Part shown: positions 9,293-19,644 of the stretch, piece after piece | How positions within the stretch are numbered: the stretch's first letter is position 1 | Layout: the number at the start of each line of letters is the position of its first letter | NCBI GenBank assembly: GCA_028701035.1 | Contig: JAQVRO010000001.1 | Coordinates: forward strand, 5,497-69,496 | Direction: 5' to 3' | DNA: 64,000 nt | Source of the DNA: Minisyncoccota bacterium | GTDB taxonomy: Bacteria; Patescibacteriota; Minisyncoccia; Minisyncoccales; CSSED10-335 | The notes under the pieces: model-generated | The model's input: only the letters and a program-made list of their open reading frames with translations | Databases searched by the model: none | Told to the model about the DNA's origin: nothing | Program-made: the position numbers and the translations under genes

Positions 9293-11968
9293 CTACCTCA
9301 AATCCTTGTATCTTAAATATTTATACAATTCCCCCATCCAAAGAACAAACGACGAGCCAATAATAATTAAAGCTAATTCAAATAAGTTGAGATGAACCAA
9401 ATGAAACACTGGATACAGAAAATGCATTGCGAGTAATTGCAATCCGACCGATAAGATTAATGCCCAAACAACATAGGGATTAGAGAATAATCCAATCTTA
9501 AAGATTGATCTTCTCATGGAGCGCATGTTTAAGACATTAAATAACTGAGTAAAAGCCATCGTTGCAAAGGCAGCGGTGCGGGCCTTTTCGATGTCTTGGT
9601 CAATAGACAAGTGATAACCAAAGAACCCTAAAGTAAGCACGGCCATTACAAAGACCATTATCAAAACAAAAGGTATCGTCTCTCTAGATAATATGTTTTC
9701 TGTTTTCTTTTTAGGAGGATCTTTTAGGACATCTCCATGTCCTGGCTCAGCCGCTAAGGCCAAACCAGCAAAACCATCTGTTACTAGATTGAGCCATAAA
9801 ATCTGCGTAGGTAAAAGAGGTAGTTGAGTAAAAAGAATAAGAGAACTAATTAATGTAACCGCTTCGGCAAAGTTGGTGGTAACCAAGAAGCTACTAGCTT
9901 GCCGAGTATTATTAAATACTATTCTCCCCTCTTCAATAGCACTAACAATGGATCTAAAGTTATCGTCGGTAAGTATAATCTCGCTAGCTTCTCGGGCAAC
10001 ATCGGTTCCGCTAATACCCATAGCAATACCAATATCTGCTTTTTTAAGAGCCGGTGCATCGTTGACCCCGTCTCCAGTCATAGCAACAATGTGACCTTGA
10101 CTCTGTAGCTCTTCGGCGATTCTAAGCTTCATATTAGGAGTAAGGCGAGCGAAAACATTGACTCGCTTTATAGCTCTAGAAAATTGGTCTTGAGACATAC
10201 ACAAAAGTTCAGATTCGGTAAGTGCATCGTTATCTTTTTCGTCTATTATTCCAACCTCTTTAGCTATTGCAAGACCAGTTCCTTTATGATCTCCAGTAGT
10301 CATTATAACTCGAATACCAGCTTGCTTGGCTTTTAAAACAGATTCTCTTGCCTCGGGTCTTGGGGGGTCAATAATTCCCACAACCCCCACAAAAACGATA
10401 TCAGAAACCAAATCATCAGATATAGTTTTCTGATTTTTTTTAACACTTCTATACCCTAGAGCTATCGTTCTCATGGATCTAGATGTAAGACGATTTGTTT
10501 TAGATAAAAATTCTTTCTTCTTAGTCCCAGTCAAAATATGCTCTCCCTTATCATCTAAAAAATATTTGGCTTTATCTAATAAAACCTCGGGGGAACCAAC
10601 GATATAAAGCTCTAAGTTATCTTTTCTAGAAATTAGAGATGCCCGATATCTCAATTCTGAACTAAAAGATTCGTCTTCTATTTTCTTTTCTTCTAAAATA
10701 TCTTTATTCAGTCCTGATTTTTGAGATAAAACAACTAGAGCAGCTTCTGTAGGATCTCCAATTACCCTATACTCACCACCCTCTTCTTTAAAAAGTCTAG
10801 CGTTATTACACAAGCAAGATATGTGCAATAGTTTAGCTAAAGAAGTATGCTCTAACGGAGAAATCTTAGTCTCGCTTAAAACAAAATCCCCTATTGAATC
10901 CCAACCATTACCAGTAACATCAATTGTATTGTCTGATAAAATAATACTCCTGACATTCATTGTGTTTTGAGTTAATGTTCCTGTTTTATCAGTACATATC
11001 ACGGTAGATACTCCCAAAGTTTCAGTGGAGGGCAATCGCCTCATAATTGCATTTCTACTAGCCATTCTACGAGCGCCAATAGCTAAAACAATAATTAAAA
11101 TTGCAGGTAATCCTTCAGGGATACCAGAAACCAAAGAAGCTATTGTGAAAAATAATATCTCTTCAAACTCTATCCCTTTGTAAACATAACCAACAATGAA
11201 TATTAGAAATGTTCCGATAACAGCAATGACTGCCATTTGCTTAGCCAATAAGTCTACCTTTAGCTCAAAAGGGCTCCTTCGTCTTTGAATGTTGCCAATA
11301 TCTTTGGCAATTGTTCCAAAAGTAGTTTCGTTTCCAGAAGCGACAACTACCGCTCGTGCATGGCCAGCAACAACAAACGTACCCATCCAAACCATATTAT
11401 TCCTGTCGGCAATCGTAACCTCTTTTTTAATCTTTAAACTATCCTTCGTTATTGGAGTTGACTCCCCCGTCAAAGCAGATTCTACCGTTTTAAAATTTCT
11501 ACAATCAATTATTCTAGCATCAACGGGTATTTTATCACCCTCCTCTAAAAAGATAACGTCACCAGGAACTAAATACTTGGCATCGATTTTGAACATTACT
11601 CCACTACGATAAACTTTAGCAGTTGGAACAATTATTTTCTTAAGAGACTGAATTGCTTTCTCGGCACGATACTCTTGAATAAATCCAACAATTGAATTGA
11701 TAAGAATAACAAAAAGAATTACATAAACATCTATCGTTTTGCCGTAAAACCACCCGATAACAGCGGCAACTATTAAAATATATATCAGAACACTATCAAA
11801 TTGCTTTAAAAATATGTATATTGGACGACTACTTTCTTTTTCTGTTATTTCATTGAAACCATAATCATCTAAACGACTTTTGGCCTCACTCTCGGACAAT
11901 CCAGACTCATCTGATTTAATATCGTTTAGAGTTTCTCTTGGTGATAGTAAATAAAAAGAATTTTTCAT
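9293..11968 (-). CDS. P-type cation-transporting ATPase, type IIA (SERCA-like Ca2+ ATPase)
   Basis: DKTGTLT phosphorylation motif, TGDGVNDAPALKKADIGIAMG hinge, and PEGLPA in TM4 (Ca-ATPase signature). 891 aa with about 10 TM segments. Confidence 0.85.
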   Translation of the reverse strand: MKNSFYLLSPRETLNDIKSDESGLSESEAKSRLDDYGFNEITEKESSRPIYIFLKQFDSVLIYILIVAAVIGWFYGKTIDVYVILFVILINSIVGFIQEYRAEKAIQSLKKIIVPTAKVYRSGVMFKIDAKYLVPGDVIFLEEGDKIPVDARIIDCRNFKTVESALTGESTPITKDSLKIKKEVTIADRNNMVWMGTFVVAGHARAVVVASGNETTFGTIAKDIGNIQRRRSPFELKVDLLAKQMAVIAVIGTFLIFIVGYVYKGIEFEEILFFTIASLVSGIPEGLPAILIIVLAIGARRMASRNAIMRRLPSTETLGVSTVICTDKTGTLTQNTMNVRSIILSDNTIDVTGNGWDSIGDFVLSETKISPLEHTSLAKLLHISCLCNNARLFKEEGGEYRVIGDPTEAALVVLSQKSGLNKDILEEKKIEDESFSSELRYRASLISRKDNLELYIVGSPEVLLDKAKYFLDDKGEHILTGTKKKEFLSKTNRLTSRSMRTIALGYRSVKKNQKTISDDLVSDIVFVGVVGIIDPPRPEARESVLKAKQAGIRVIMTTGDHKGTGLAIAKEVGIIDEKDNDALTESELLCMSQDQFSRAIKRVNVFARLTPNMKLRIAEELQSQGHIVAMTGDGVNDAPALKKADIGIAMGISGTDVAREASEIILTDDNFRSIVSAIEEGRIVFNNTRQASSFLVTTNFAEAVTLISSLILFTQLPLLPTQILWLNLVTDGFAGLALAAEPGHGDVLKDPPKKKTENILSRETIPFVLIMVFVMAVLTLGFFGYHLSIDQDIEKARTAAFATMAFTQLFNVLNMRSMRRSIFKIGLFSNPYVVWALILSVGLQLLAMHFLYPVFHLVHLNLFELALIIIGSSFVLWMGELYKYLRYKDLR

Positions 11969-12606
11969 AGTATTTTTTTATTCTTATCTCTCCACTCTTC
12001 TATTCTTTTATGATCTCCAGATAACAAAACACTAGGAACGGCCCATTTCCCGTAAACTGCCGGCCTAGTAAACTGCGGGTACTCAATAGCACTAACACTT
12101 TTGGTTCTTTTTTTCAAAAAGTCATCTGTACCAACAACCATAGGAACAAGACGAGAAACCGACTCTATTACCACCATAGCTGGAATTTCCCCACCCATTA
12201 GAACATAATCACCTATTGATATCTCTTCATCCGCAATATGTTTAGCTACCCTTTCATCAACTCCCTCATACCTACCGCATATCATAATAATTTGATCAGT
12301 TTTAGACAAGCGATGGGCGGTCTTTTGATCATACTTCTTCCCTCGAGGAGTAAAAAGGATAACCCTAGATTTTCCTTTCTTAATTGATTCAACTGCTTTA
12401 AATATTGGTTCAATCATCATTACCATCCCTACCCCACCACCAAATGGCTTATCGTCTACGGTCTTTCTTTTATCGGTTGTAAAATCTCTTAAATTGTGGA
12501 TATTAATATCTATTAATTTATCATCGCAAGCATTTTTCAAAATGCCACTTTTTTTATAAGGGGCAAAGAACTCAGGAAAAAGAGTAATTACTTCGAAATT
12601 AATCAT
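11965..12606 (-). CDS. trmD: tRNA (guanine37-N1)-methyltransferase
   Basis: TrmD family N-terminus MINFEVITLFPEFF and length 213 aa. Lies downstream of rpsP and the KH protein, as in the conserved operon. Confidence 0.85.
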   Translation of the reverse strand: MINFEVITLFPEFFAPYKKSGILKNACDDKLIDINIHNLRDFTTDKRKTVDDKPFGGGVGMVMMIEPIFKAVESIKKGKSRVILFTPRGKKYDQKTAHRLSKTDQIIMICGRYEGVDERVAKHIADEEISIGDYVLMGGEIPAMVVIESVSRLVPMVVGTDDFLKKRTKSVSAIEYPQFTRPAVYGKWAVPSVLLSGDHKRIEEWRDKNKKIL

Positions 12607-12608
12607 AA

Positions 12609-12644
12609 AAAAATTGTGCTATCTACAAGATAGCACAATTTTTA
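12609..12644 (-). terminator. perfect 12-bp stem-loop (AATTGTGCTATC-TACAA-GATAGCACAATT) followed on the minus strand by a T7 run that overlaps the trmD start codon. Intrinsic terminator or attenuator.
   Basis: Inverted repeat read directly. The minus-strand U-tract TTTTTTTAT runs into the ATG of trmD at 12606. Confidence 0.5.
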
Positions 12645-12661
12645 ATTTTAAGTAATACCCC

Positions 12662-12973
12662 CTAGAGGTTTAAATCGTCTAAATTAGTAGCTGACGATGG
12701 TCTTGCCTCTTCTACTCTTCTGCCTCCTTCTGGCTCTTCTATTTTTAAATTAACTCTTGCTTGGTTCTTTAAACCAATAATCCTAATCAAGTTTCTAATT
12801 GATTTTGCTGTAGCTCCAGCTCGACCAATAACTTGACCCATATCTTTCGAATTAATTCTCAAAGAGAGCAAAACTCCCATTTCGTCTACCTTTCTTTCAA
12901 CTTGAACATCTTCTGGATGATCAACTAAAGCCTTAACAACATATTCTAAGAATTCCTGGTCTGCAATAGGCAT
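12662..12973 (-). CDS. KH-domain RNA-binding protein (YlqC/UPF0109 family)
   Basis: KH motif VIGRAGATAKSIRNLI. Position between rpsP and trmD. Confidence 0.75.
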   Translation of the reverse strand: MPIADQEFLEYVVKALVDHPEDVQVERKVDEMGVLLSLRINSKDMGQVIGRAGATAKSIRNLIRIIGLKNQARVNLKIEEPEGGRRVEEARPSSATNLDDLNL

Positions 12974-13099
12974 AATATTTAATTCTGTTTTTTATTCTTC
13001 TTAACCTCGGTAGTCCGACCTTTGAATCTTACTGATAATTACAGTAAAATCACTGACCGTAATACTATATTTATATATTTCAAAAAGGAAAAAGTCAAA

Positions 13100-13615
13100 C
13101 TACTCTTTCTTTTCCTCCTCTACTGGAGCAGTTTCAACTTCCACTGGTTGTTCTTCAACTGGAGCTTCCTCTTCCTTTTCTGCTGGAGCAGTTTCCTCTA
13201 CTGGTTGTTCTACGATTTCAACCTCTGCTGGTTCTTCAGTTGGAACCTCCTCTTTCTCTTCCTCCTCTACTGAAGCACTTTCTTCTACTGGCTTCTCTTC
13301 AGTTTTAGTTTCTTCTTTCTTTTCTTCTTCTACTGGTTGTTCTTTTTTAGAAACACTATGTTTTGGTCTTTTAGGACCATCTACTATCTTCTCATCTACA
13401 AACATATTGAAAACAGTATCGGAAACCTGAACTCCATTTCCAAGCCAATATTTAACTCTTTCTGAGTTAATATTTCTTTGCTTTGTTGTTGGATCATAAA
13501 AACCAACTTCCTCGACAAAACGACCCCTTGCTGGAGCATTCTTTTTCTCAGTAACCACTATTTTATAAGCGGGCTGTCTTTTTCTACCTACTCTAAATAA
13601 TCTGATTGTTAACAT
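13100..13615 (-). CDS. rpsP: 30S ribosomal protein S16 with a ~90-aa acidic low-complexity C-terminal extension (PVEE/EEKKE repeats)
   Basis: N-terminus MLTIRLFRVGRKRQPAYKIVV matches S16. The C-terminal tail is E/K/P/V-rich. Confidence 0.85.
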   Translation of the reverse strand: MLTIRLFRVGRKRQPAYKIVVTEKKNAPARGRFVEEVGFYDPTTKQRNINSERVKYWLGNGVQVSDTVFNMFVDEKIVDGPKRPKHSVSKKEQPVEEEKKEETKTEEKPVEESASVEEEEKEEVPTEEPAEVEIVEQPVEETAPAEKEEEAPVEEQPVEVETAPVEEEKKE

Positions 13616-13640
13616 ATTTTTATACTAACTTAATTATAAA

Positions 13641-14348
13641 TTAATTGCAATCTTTACAAGGCCATCCCTTAACCTTTAATGCTTCCCCAGCTGCATCCTC
13701 TTCGCCAGCTTGTTTAGAAAAACCATTACCTCGAGCGACAAGATTGTCTCCCAAAAAAACTCCCACCGTAAAGTTTTTTCTGTGATCGGGGCCTTCTTCC
13801 GCCAAAACACTGTATGTTGGAGTAACTCCCAATATTCTTTGAGCTTCTTCTTGAAGTCTTGATTTATTATCCTTATCAAGGCCAAACTTGATAATATTAG
13901 GAAGTTTTGTTATCAAATTATTGTTAATAAATTCGTTGCAAGAATTATATCCTTGGTCAAGATATATCGCTCCAACTAAAGATTCAAATGTATTGGCTAA
14001 TATCGACTGTTTTGATTTACCAACTTCTCGGTTTTCACCCTTTGACAAAAGGATAAAATCATTAAATCCTAATTCTTCAGAAGTTTCAGAAAGAATTTTG
14101 GTATTAACTAATGCTGCCCTTAAACTTGTAAGGTCGCCTTCTGTCTTATCGGGATAATTCTTGTATAAGTATTCGGTTACAGTTAACTCAAGAACCGCAT
14201 CACCCAAAAATTCCATTCTTTCGTTGTGACCTAGTAAAAAATCAGGGTTTTCGTTGATATATGAACGATGACAAAAGGCCTGCAAAAGCAAGTCTTTGTT
14301 TTTGAAAACTATTCCAATATTATTCTCAAGTAAAGAAAAATCGTTCAT
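13641..14348 (-). CDS. rnc: ribonuclease III
   Basis: Signature ERMEFLGDAVLELTVTEYLY. C-terminal dsRBD. Confidence 0.85.
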   Translation of the reverse strand: MNDFSLLENNIGIVFKNKDLLLQAFCHRSYINENPDFLLGHNERMEFLGDAVLELTVTEYLYKNYPDKTEGDLTSLRAALVNTKILSETSEELGFNDFILLSKGENREVGKSKQSILANTFESLVGAIYLDQGYNSCNEFINNNLITKLPNIIKFGLDKDNKSRLQEEAQRILGVTPTYSVLAEEGPDHRKNFTVGVFLGDNLVARGNGFSKQAGEEDAAGEALKVKGWPCKDCN

Positions 14349-14352
14349 GGTA

Positions 14353-14790
14353 TTATCTATTCTCTATTTCTTCTTTCATTTCACGAAAGACGGTTCCTAA
14401 AACTCCGTTAACAAACCTTCCTGAGCTTTCTCCTCCAAAGCTTTTAGCTAGTTCTATAGATTCGTTTATGGCAACTTTTGGTGGAACCTCTTCTTTATCT
14501 CCAAATAAAAGCTCAAAAAGCCCGATTCGTAAAACATTTCTGTCTACAATTGCTACTTGCTCTATTGGCCACTCAGGAGCAGCTATCTTAATAATATCAT
14601 CTATTTTCTCAATATTGTCCATAATCCCTTTAACTAAAGAGAAAACAAATTCTTTTTCTTTGAGTCCTGGAGCAAATTCATCGATGTTTCTCTCTACGAT
14701 ACTATTTAGGTCCCCCACTCTTTTACCGAAAAAATCCCACTCATAAAAAGATTGGAGAACAATTGATCGTGACAAATGCCTAGAAGCCAT
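14353..14790 (-). CDS. nusB: transcription antitermination factor NusB
   Basis: NusB family, 145 aa, N-terminus [20 protein letters not shown]. Confidence 0.8.
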   Translation of the reverse strand: MASRHLSRSIVLQSFYEWDFFGKRVGDLNSIVERNIDEFAPGLKEKEFVFSLVKGIMDNIEKIDDIIKIAAPEWPIEQVAIVDRNVLRIGLFELLFGDKEEVPPKVAINESIELAKSFGGESSGRFVNGVLGTVFREMKEEIENR

Positions 14791-14824
14791 GATTTTTAAA
14801 AATTACAATAAATTGTCAAAAAAA

Positions 14825-15067
14825 CTACTTTGCGCTTGGACTATTCTGCATCTCTTTTTCTTTCTGCTTTCTTTCCTTTTTATCAAGCTTTTTAAGAACG
14901 TCTATCACTTCTCTGCCCTTGTAATAGCCGCAATTTTTACAAGCAGTATGAGGTAATGTTTCTTTACCACACTTAGGACATGAAACAAAACCAGTCTTTT
15001 CTAAAAAGATGTGCATCCTTCTGTTATTTCGTCTACCTTTGGTATGACGTTTTTTTGGTACAGCCAT
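14825..15067 (-). CDS. rpmF: 50S ribosomal protein L32 (start at the internal MAVPKKR; the track ORF is extended upstream)
   Basis: MAVPKKRHTKGRRNNRR is the canonical L32 N-terminus. CxxC...CxxC zinc ribbon. C-terminal K/E-rich tail. Confidence 0.8.
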   Translation of the reverse strand: MAVPKKRHTKGRRNNRRMHIFLEKTGFVSCPKCGKETLPHTACKNCGYYKGREVIDVLKKLDKKERKQKEKEMQNSPSAK

Positions 15068-15147
15068 ATTTTTATTTCTTGTTTTAACTGACGATAATAT
15101 ACCATAGCAAGTATAATTTTGCAAGCTAAAAATCAACAATCAATCTT

Positions 15148-15177
15148 TTGAGTACAATTGTACTCAATATTGAGTAC
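15148..15177. promoter_or_regulatory. perfect 20-bp palindrome TTGAGTACAATTGTACTCAA plus a third half-site TTGAGTAC, about 80 bp upstream of rpmF. Candidate operator for a dimeric DNA-binding protein.
   Basis: Read directly from the sequence, between rnhB and rpmF. Confidence 0.3.
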
Positions 15178-15180
15178 GCA

Positions 15181-15744
15181 CTATTTTAATTTAAAGCTCT
15201 TTCTGTGTATTTTAGAATAACCATACTTCTCAATAGCTAGTATGTGCTCTTTGGTTCCATAGCCCTTATTCCTCCTAAATCCGTATTCGGGATATTTTAA
15301 ATCATATTGATCCATTAACCTATCTCGAATAACTTTAGCAATAATACTTGCAACCCTACAAGAAACAATTCTTTCGTCGCCTTTAATAACTGGCAATTCT
15401 AAAGCATCAATCCCGATCTTAAAATTACCATCAATAATTACCAAATCGGGCTTAACATCTAAATCGTTTAGCGCTTTTCTCATGGCTAGTTTAGTTGCCT
15501 CCAATATATTTATCTTATCAATTATATTATTAGAGACCTTGCCAACCCCCCACTTAATTTCTTTTCTTGATTTAAAAAAATCAAACAATTCTTCTCTTCT
15601 TCTAGCGCTCATACTTTTAGAGTCTCCAAACTTCATATCTTTTAAAACACTGAAGTCAGTAATATGAACAGCTGTAGCAACAACTGGTCCCGATAAAGGA
15701 CCTCTCCCTACTTCGTCTAAACCAACAATACAGTTAAAATCCAT
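15181..15744 (-). CDS. rnhB: ribonuclease HII
   Basis: N-terminus MDFNCIVGLDEVGRGPLSGPVVATAV with the DEVGRG active-site motif. Confidence 0.85.
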   Translation of the reverse strand: MDFNCIVGLDEVGRGPLSGPVVATAVHITDFSVLKDMKFGDSKSMSARRREELFDFFKSRKEIKWGVGKVSNNIIDKINILEATKLAMRKALNDLDVKPDLVIIDGNFKIGIDALELPVIKGDERIVSCRVASIIAKVIRDRLMDQYDLKYPEYGFRRNKGYGTKEHILAIEKYGYSKIHRKSFKLK

Positions 15745-15782
15745 GTCTTTCTTTTTTTCAAATATTATTATATAATACCATT

Positions 15783-16469
15783 ATGCAAGAAACATATCAA
15801 TCTATTATTTCTCAAAAAGAAATTGACCAAATAATTAAAATTGCCGAATCGGAAAACACGCTTGCCGATTTCTCAAATATGACAATTCAAGAAATGAACT
15901 TGTCGGAAAGAGAAATAAGGTGTGGGTTGAATTTTACCAATACTGTTTTTTTAGGAAGTGTGTATATGGGCAGAACTATTGTTCATGGAAATATCGTTTT
16001 CAATGGCTCCGTAATCAATAACACAACTTACTTTGGAGAGATTAAGATAGCTGGAGATTTCTTAGCTACAAGAGTCGTAGTCAAAAACTCCCTTAATATG
16101 GTCAAGGGAGAAATTGATGGTCAATTTGTTATGGAAAAGGCCCACATCCAAGGATTTTTAGGGTTGAATAAGATAAAAGTTAAGGGAAACACTAATCTAA
16201 AAGGATTAAAGATAATAGGAATGGTTACTTCTAGTGGAATAATTAATGGAGATGTTTATTTACAAAATGCTGAAATACAAGGATCCCTAGATATGGAAAG
16301 TTGTAATATTACTGGTCTAGCCGATTTAAACAAAATTAATATATGGGGATTTCTTAATCTTGCTGATGGAGAAATTAAAGAAGCTCTTATTCTAAAAGAA
16401 AGCTATATCAAAGGAGAAACTTTATTTGAAGGACTTAAATGCAAAGAGAAGTTTGTTTCTTTTTTCTAA
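15783..16469 (+). CDS. hypothetical beta-helical repeat protein, bactofilin-like (polymer-forming cytoskeletal family)
   Basis: Repeated short units with alternating hydrophobic residues and Gly/Asn turns (GNIVFNGSVINN, KIAGDFLAT, VKGNTNLKGLKIIG, NGDVYLQNAEIQGSLDM). No catalytic motifs. Confidence 0.35.
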   Translation: MQETYQSIISQKEIDQIIKIAESENTLADFSNMTIQEMNLSEREIRCGLNFTNTVFLGSVYMGRTIVHGNIVFNGSVINNTTYFGEIKIAGDFLATRVVVKNSLNMVKGEIDGQFVMEKAHIQGFLGLNKIKVKGNTNLKGLKIIGMVTSSGIINGDVYLQNAEIQGSLDMESCNITGLADLNKINIWGFLNLADGEIKEALILKESYIKGETLFEGLKCKEKFVSFF

Positions 16470-16478
16470 AAAATACTA

Positions 16479-19400
16479 ATGACTAAATTTACTCACCTTC
16501 ATGTGCACTCTCACTACTCCCTATTAGATGGATTATCCAAAATAGATGATTTACTAGAACATATAAAGAGTTTGGGGATGGACTCGGTAGCGATAACCGA
16601 TCACGGTGTATTGTATGGTGCAGTTGAGTTTGCCCAAAAAGCAAAAAAGGCTGGCGTTAAACCAATTATTGGTTGTGAATTCTATGTTGCCCCTGATAGT
16701 CTTCATAATAAAAGGCCTGGTATTGATGATAAGAGACACCACCTAATACTTTTAGCTAAAAACGAAACGGGCTATAAAAATCTAGTCAAGATGGTAACTA
16801 TCGCTCACTTAGAAGGTTTCTATTACAAACCACGAATAGACGAAAATACTCTAAGACAATATTCCGATGGCCTTATTGGATTATCTGCTTGCGTCCAAGG
16901 AAAAATACCCCAACTCATTATCAATAATAATACAGTAGAAGCAGAAAAAACAGCCCTAGATTATGAAAAAATTCTAGGCAAAGGAAATTTCTACTTAGAA
17001 ATGCAAGATCATGAAAAAATACCAGATCAAGCAAAAGCCAATCAAGGACTTATACAAATATCAAAAAATACTGGTATTCCTCTAGTGGCAACTAACGATT
17101 GCCACTACCTAAACAAAGAAGATGCTCATGCTCAAGATGTATTAGTGTTAATTAACACAGGAGCAAAAATAGATGACCCCGAAAGGCTTAATATGCAAGA
17201 GTGTGATTTGTCTGTTAGAAGCCCAAAAGAAATGGCTGAGAGTTTTAAGAAAACACCCGAAGCCATAGAAAATACTCAAAAGATTAAAGATGCTTGTAAT
17301 TTTGAATTTGAATTTGGAAAAATTAAATTGCCTGAATTTGCACTACCTAAAGAAAAAACTGCTGAAAAATACTTAAGGGAGTTAACGCTAAAGGGCGCTG
17401 AAGAGAAATGTAGCAACTATAACTATCAAGAAAGAATTGATTACGAACTTAGCGTTATTGAAAAAACAGGTTTTGCCTCTTACTTTCTTATTGTCCAAGA
17501 TCTTATTAATTGGGCAAAAGGAAATGGTATTGTTGTTGGTCCAGGGAGAGGCTCAGCCGGAGGGTCGCTAGTTTCTTATTGCTTAGGAATTACCGACATC
17601 AATCCCCTAGACTACGATTTACTATTTGAAAGATTTCTAAATCCAGAGAGAATATCAATGCCTGATATTGATATTGATTTTGCCGACAGAAGAAGAGACG
17701 AAGTAATATATTATGTTTCGGAAAAATATGGTAGCGATCGTGTGGCACAAATTATTACATTTGGAACTATGGCCTCTCGTGCCGTTATAAGAGACACCGG
17801 AAGAGCCTTGCAATACCCATACAATTATTGTGACCAAATAGCCAAAATGATTCCTATGGGATTATCGCTAGAAGAAACTCTAGAAAAAATACCTGAGTTT
17901 AGACAATTATATAACACTGATACCAAAGCAAAAGATTTAATTGATGTTGCCAAAAAACTAGAAGGGGTTGCTAGACATGCCTCAACTCATGCATGTGGAG
18001 TTGTAATATCTAAAGATCCGTTAGACGAAATAATACCACTCCAACACTCAACTAATAACGAAGGAAGTACGGTCACACAATACGAAATGACATCGGTTGA
18101 AGCACTGGGAATGCTTAAAATGGACTTCTTAGGACTCAAAAACCTAACCACCATAGAAGACACTCTTTCTAAGATATATGCCATATACAAGAAAAACATA
18201 GACATCAGCTCACTACCACTAGATGACAAAAAGACTTATCAATTATTACAAAAGGGAGAAACAATTGGGGTATTTCAGCTAGAATCTGGCGGTATGCAAA
18301 GATATTTAAAACAATTAAAACCAACCGAATTTGAAGATATTATTGCTATGGTAGCACTTTATCGTCCTGGACCAATGGAGCTTATACCTGATTACATTGC
18401 TAGAAAAAACAAACAGAAAGCTCCAGAATATATCCACCCTAAATTAAAACCGATACTAGAAAGCACTTACTCTATTCCCCTATACCAAGAACAAGTAATG
18501 AAAATGGCTCAAGACCTTGCTGGGTTCTCTTTGTCAGAAGCAGACATATTAAGAAAAGCGATGGGCAAAAAGATTAAATCACTTCTAGACGAACAAAAAG
18601 ATAAGTTTATTGATGGGTGTATTAAGAATGGTGTTGAAGACAAGGTAGCTCAACAAATATGGGATTGGATTACTCCTTTTGCTAGTTATGGATTTAATAA
18701 GAGCCATTCAGCAGGATATGCCACGATAGCTTACCAGACCGCCTGGCTAAAAACTCACTACCCTTGCGAGTTTATGGCATCGCTTCTAGCATCAGAAAGA
18801 AAAGATATTGAAAGAATATCTTTCCTAATTGAAGAGTGTAAAAGAATGAAGATAGAAGTTTTACCACCTGATATTAACGAAAGTTATGTTTTCTTTAGCG
18901 TTGTCCCTCAAAAAAACCAAATTAGATTTGGCCTATCTGCTATTAAAAATGTAGGATTAGGAATAACCGAAAACATTGTTGCTGAAAGAAAAGCTAATGG
19001 TCCTTTTAAATCACTTAATGATTTCATATCTCGCATACAAGAAGGAAACATTAATAAAAAGTCGCTAGAAAGCATGACAAAAGCTGGAGTTTTTGATAGT
19101 ATAATAGAAAGGAATAAGATACTGGAAAATATGGATGATATTTTAAGTCATATTAGAGAGAAAACCAAAAACGACTCTAATGGACAAAAAAACCTTTTTG
19201 ACAATACAAGTTTTAAACACGAAGAAATACATCTTAAAGATGCTCTCCCTACTTCTAAGAGCGACCGCTTAAAATGGGAAAAAGAACTATTGGGTCTTTT
19301 TGTAACTAGCCACCCACTAGAAGATATGCGAGAGTTATTGAGAAAAAACACAACAGCTGTAATTGTCGCTCAAAGAGCAATATCAGGACAAAGAATAAGA

Positions 19401-19640
19401 CTAGGTGGAATAATATCTGGAATTAAAAAGATCTTAACCAAAAGCGGAAAACCAATGATGTTTATTACCCTAGAAGATTTAACTGGGAAGATAGAGGTTG
19501 TTGTTTTTCCCACGACACTAGAAAAATATCAAAGCATACTAGAAGAAAATAAAATAGTATTTATCGCTGGTAAAGTAGACCACAAAGACGGAGTTCCAAA
19601 AATAATATCTGATCAAGTAGAAGAAATTTTAGAAATATAA
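16479..19640 (+). CDS. dnaE: DNA polymerase III alpha subunit
   Basis: N-terminal PHP domain (FTHLHVHSHYSLLDG), polymerase core and OB fold. 1053 aa. Confidence 0.9.
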   Translation: MTKFTHLHVHSHYSLLDGLSKIDDLLEHIKSLGMDSVAITDHGVLYGAVEFAQKAKKAGVKPIIGCEFYVAPDSLHNKRPGIDDKRHHLILLAKNETGYKNLVKMVTIAHLEGFYYKPRIDENTLRQYSDGLIGLSACVQGKIPQLIINNNTVEAEKTALDYEKILGKGNFYLEMQDHEKIPDQAKANQGLIQISKNTGIPLVATNDCHYLNKEDAHAQDVLVLINTGAKIDDPERLNMQECDLSVRSPKEMAESFKKTPEAIENTQKIKDACNFEFEFGKIKLPEFALPKEKTAEKYLRELTLKGAEEKCSNYNYQERIDYELSVIEKTGFASYFLIVQDLINWAKGNGIVVGPGRGSAGGSLVSYCLGITDINPLDYDLLFERFLNPERISMPDIDIDFADRRRDEVIYYVSEKYGSDRVAQIITFGTMASRAVIRDTGRALQYPYNYCDQIAKMIPMGLSLEETLEKIPEFRQLYNTDTKAKDLIDVAKKLEGVARHASTHACGVVISKDPLDEIIPLQHSTNNEGSTVTQYEMTSVEALGMLKMDFLGLKNLTTIEDTLSKIYAIYKKNIDISSLPLDDKKTYQLLQKGETIGVFQLESGGMQRYLKQLKPTEFEDIIAMVALYRPGPMELIPDYIARKNKQKAPEYIHPKLKPILESTYSIPLYQEQVMKMAQDLAGFSLSEADILRKAMGKKIKSLLDEQKDKFIDGCIKNGVEDKVAQQIWDWITPFASYGFNKSHSAGYATIAYQTAWLKTHYPCEFMASLLASERKDIERISFLIEECKRMKIEVLPPDINESYVFFSVVPQKNQIRFGLSAIKNVGLGITENIVAERKANGPFKSLNDFISRIQEGNINKKSLESMTKAGVFDSIIERNKILENMDDILSHIREKTKNDSNGQKNLFDNTSFKHEEIHLKDALPTSKSDRLKWEKELLGLFVTSHPLEDMRELLRKNTTAVIVAQRAISGQRIRLGGIISGIKKILTKSGKPMMFITLEDLTGKIEVVVFPTTLEKYQSILEENKIVFIAGKVDHKDGVPKIISDQVEEILEI

Positions 19641-19644
19641 AAAA

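Noticed and set aside
13022-13273. 83-aa plus-strand ORF (WLFF-rich)
   Set aside because: Antisense to the acidic C-terminal extension of rpsP. Repetitive GAA/GAG codons read in reverse create an open frame.
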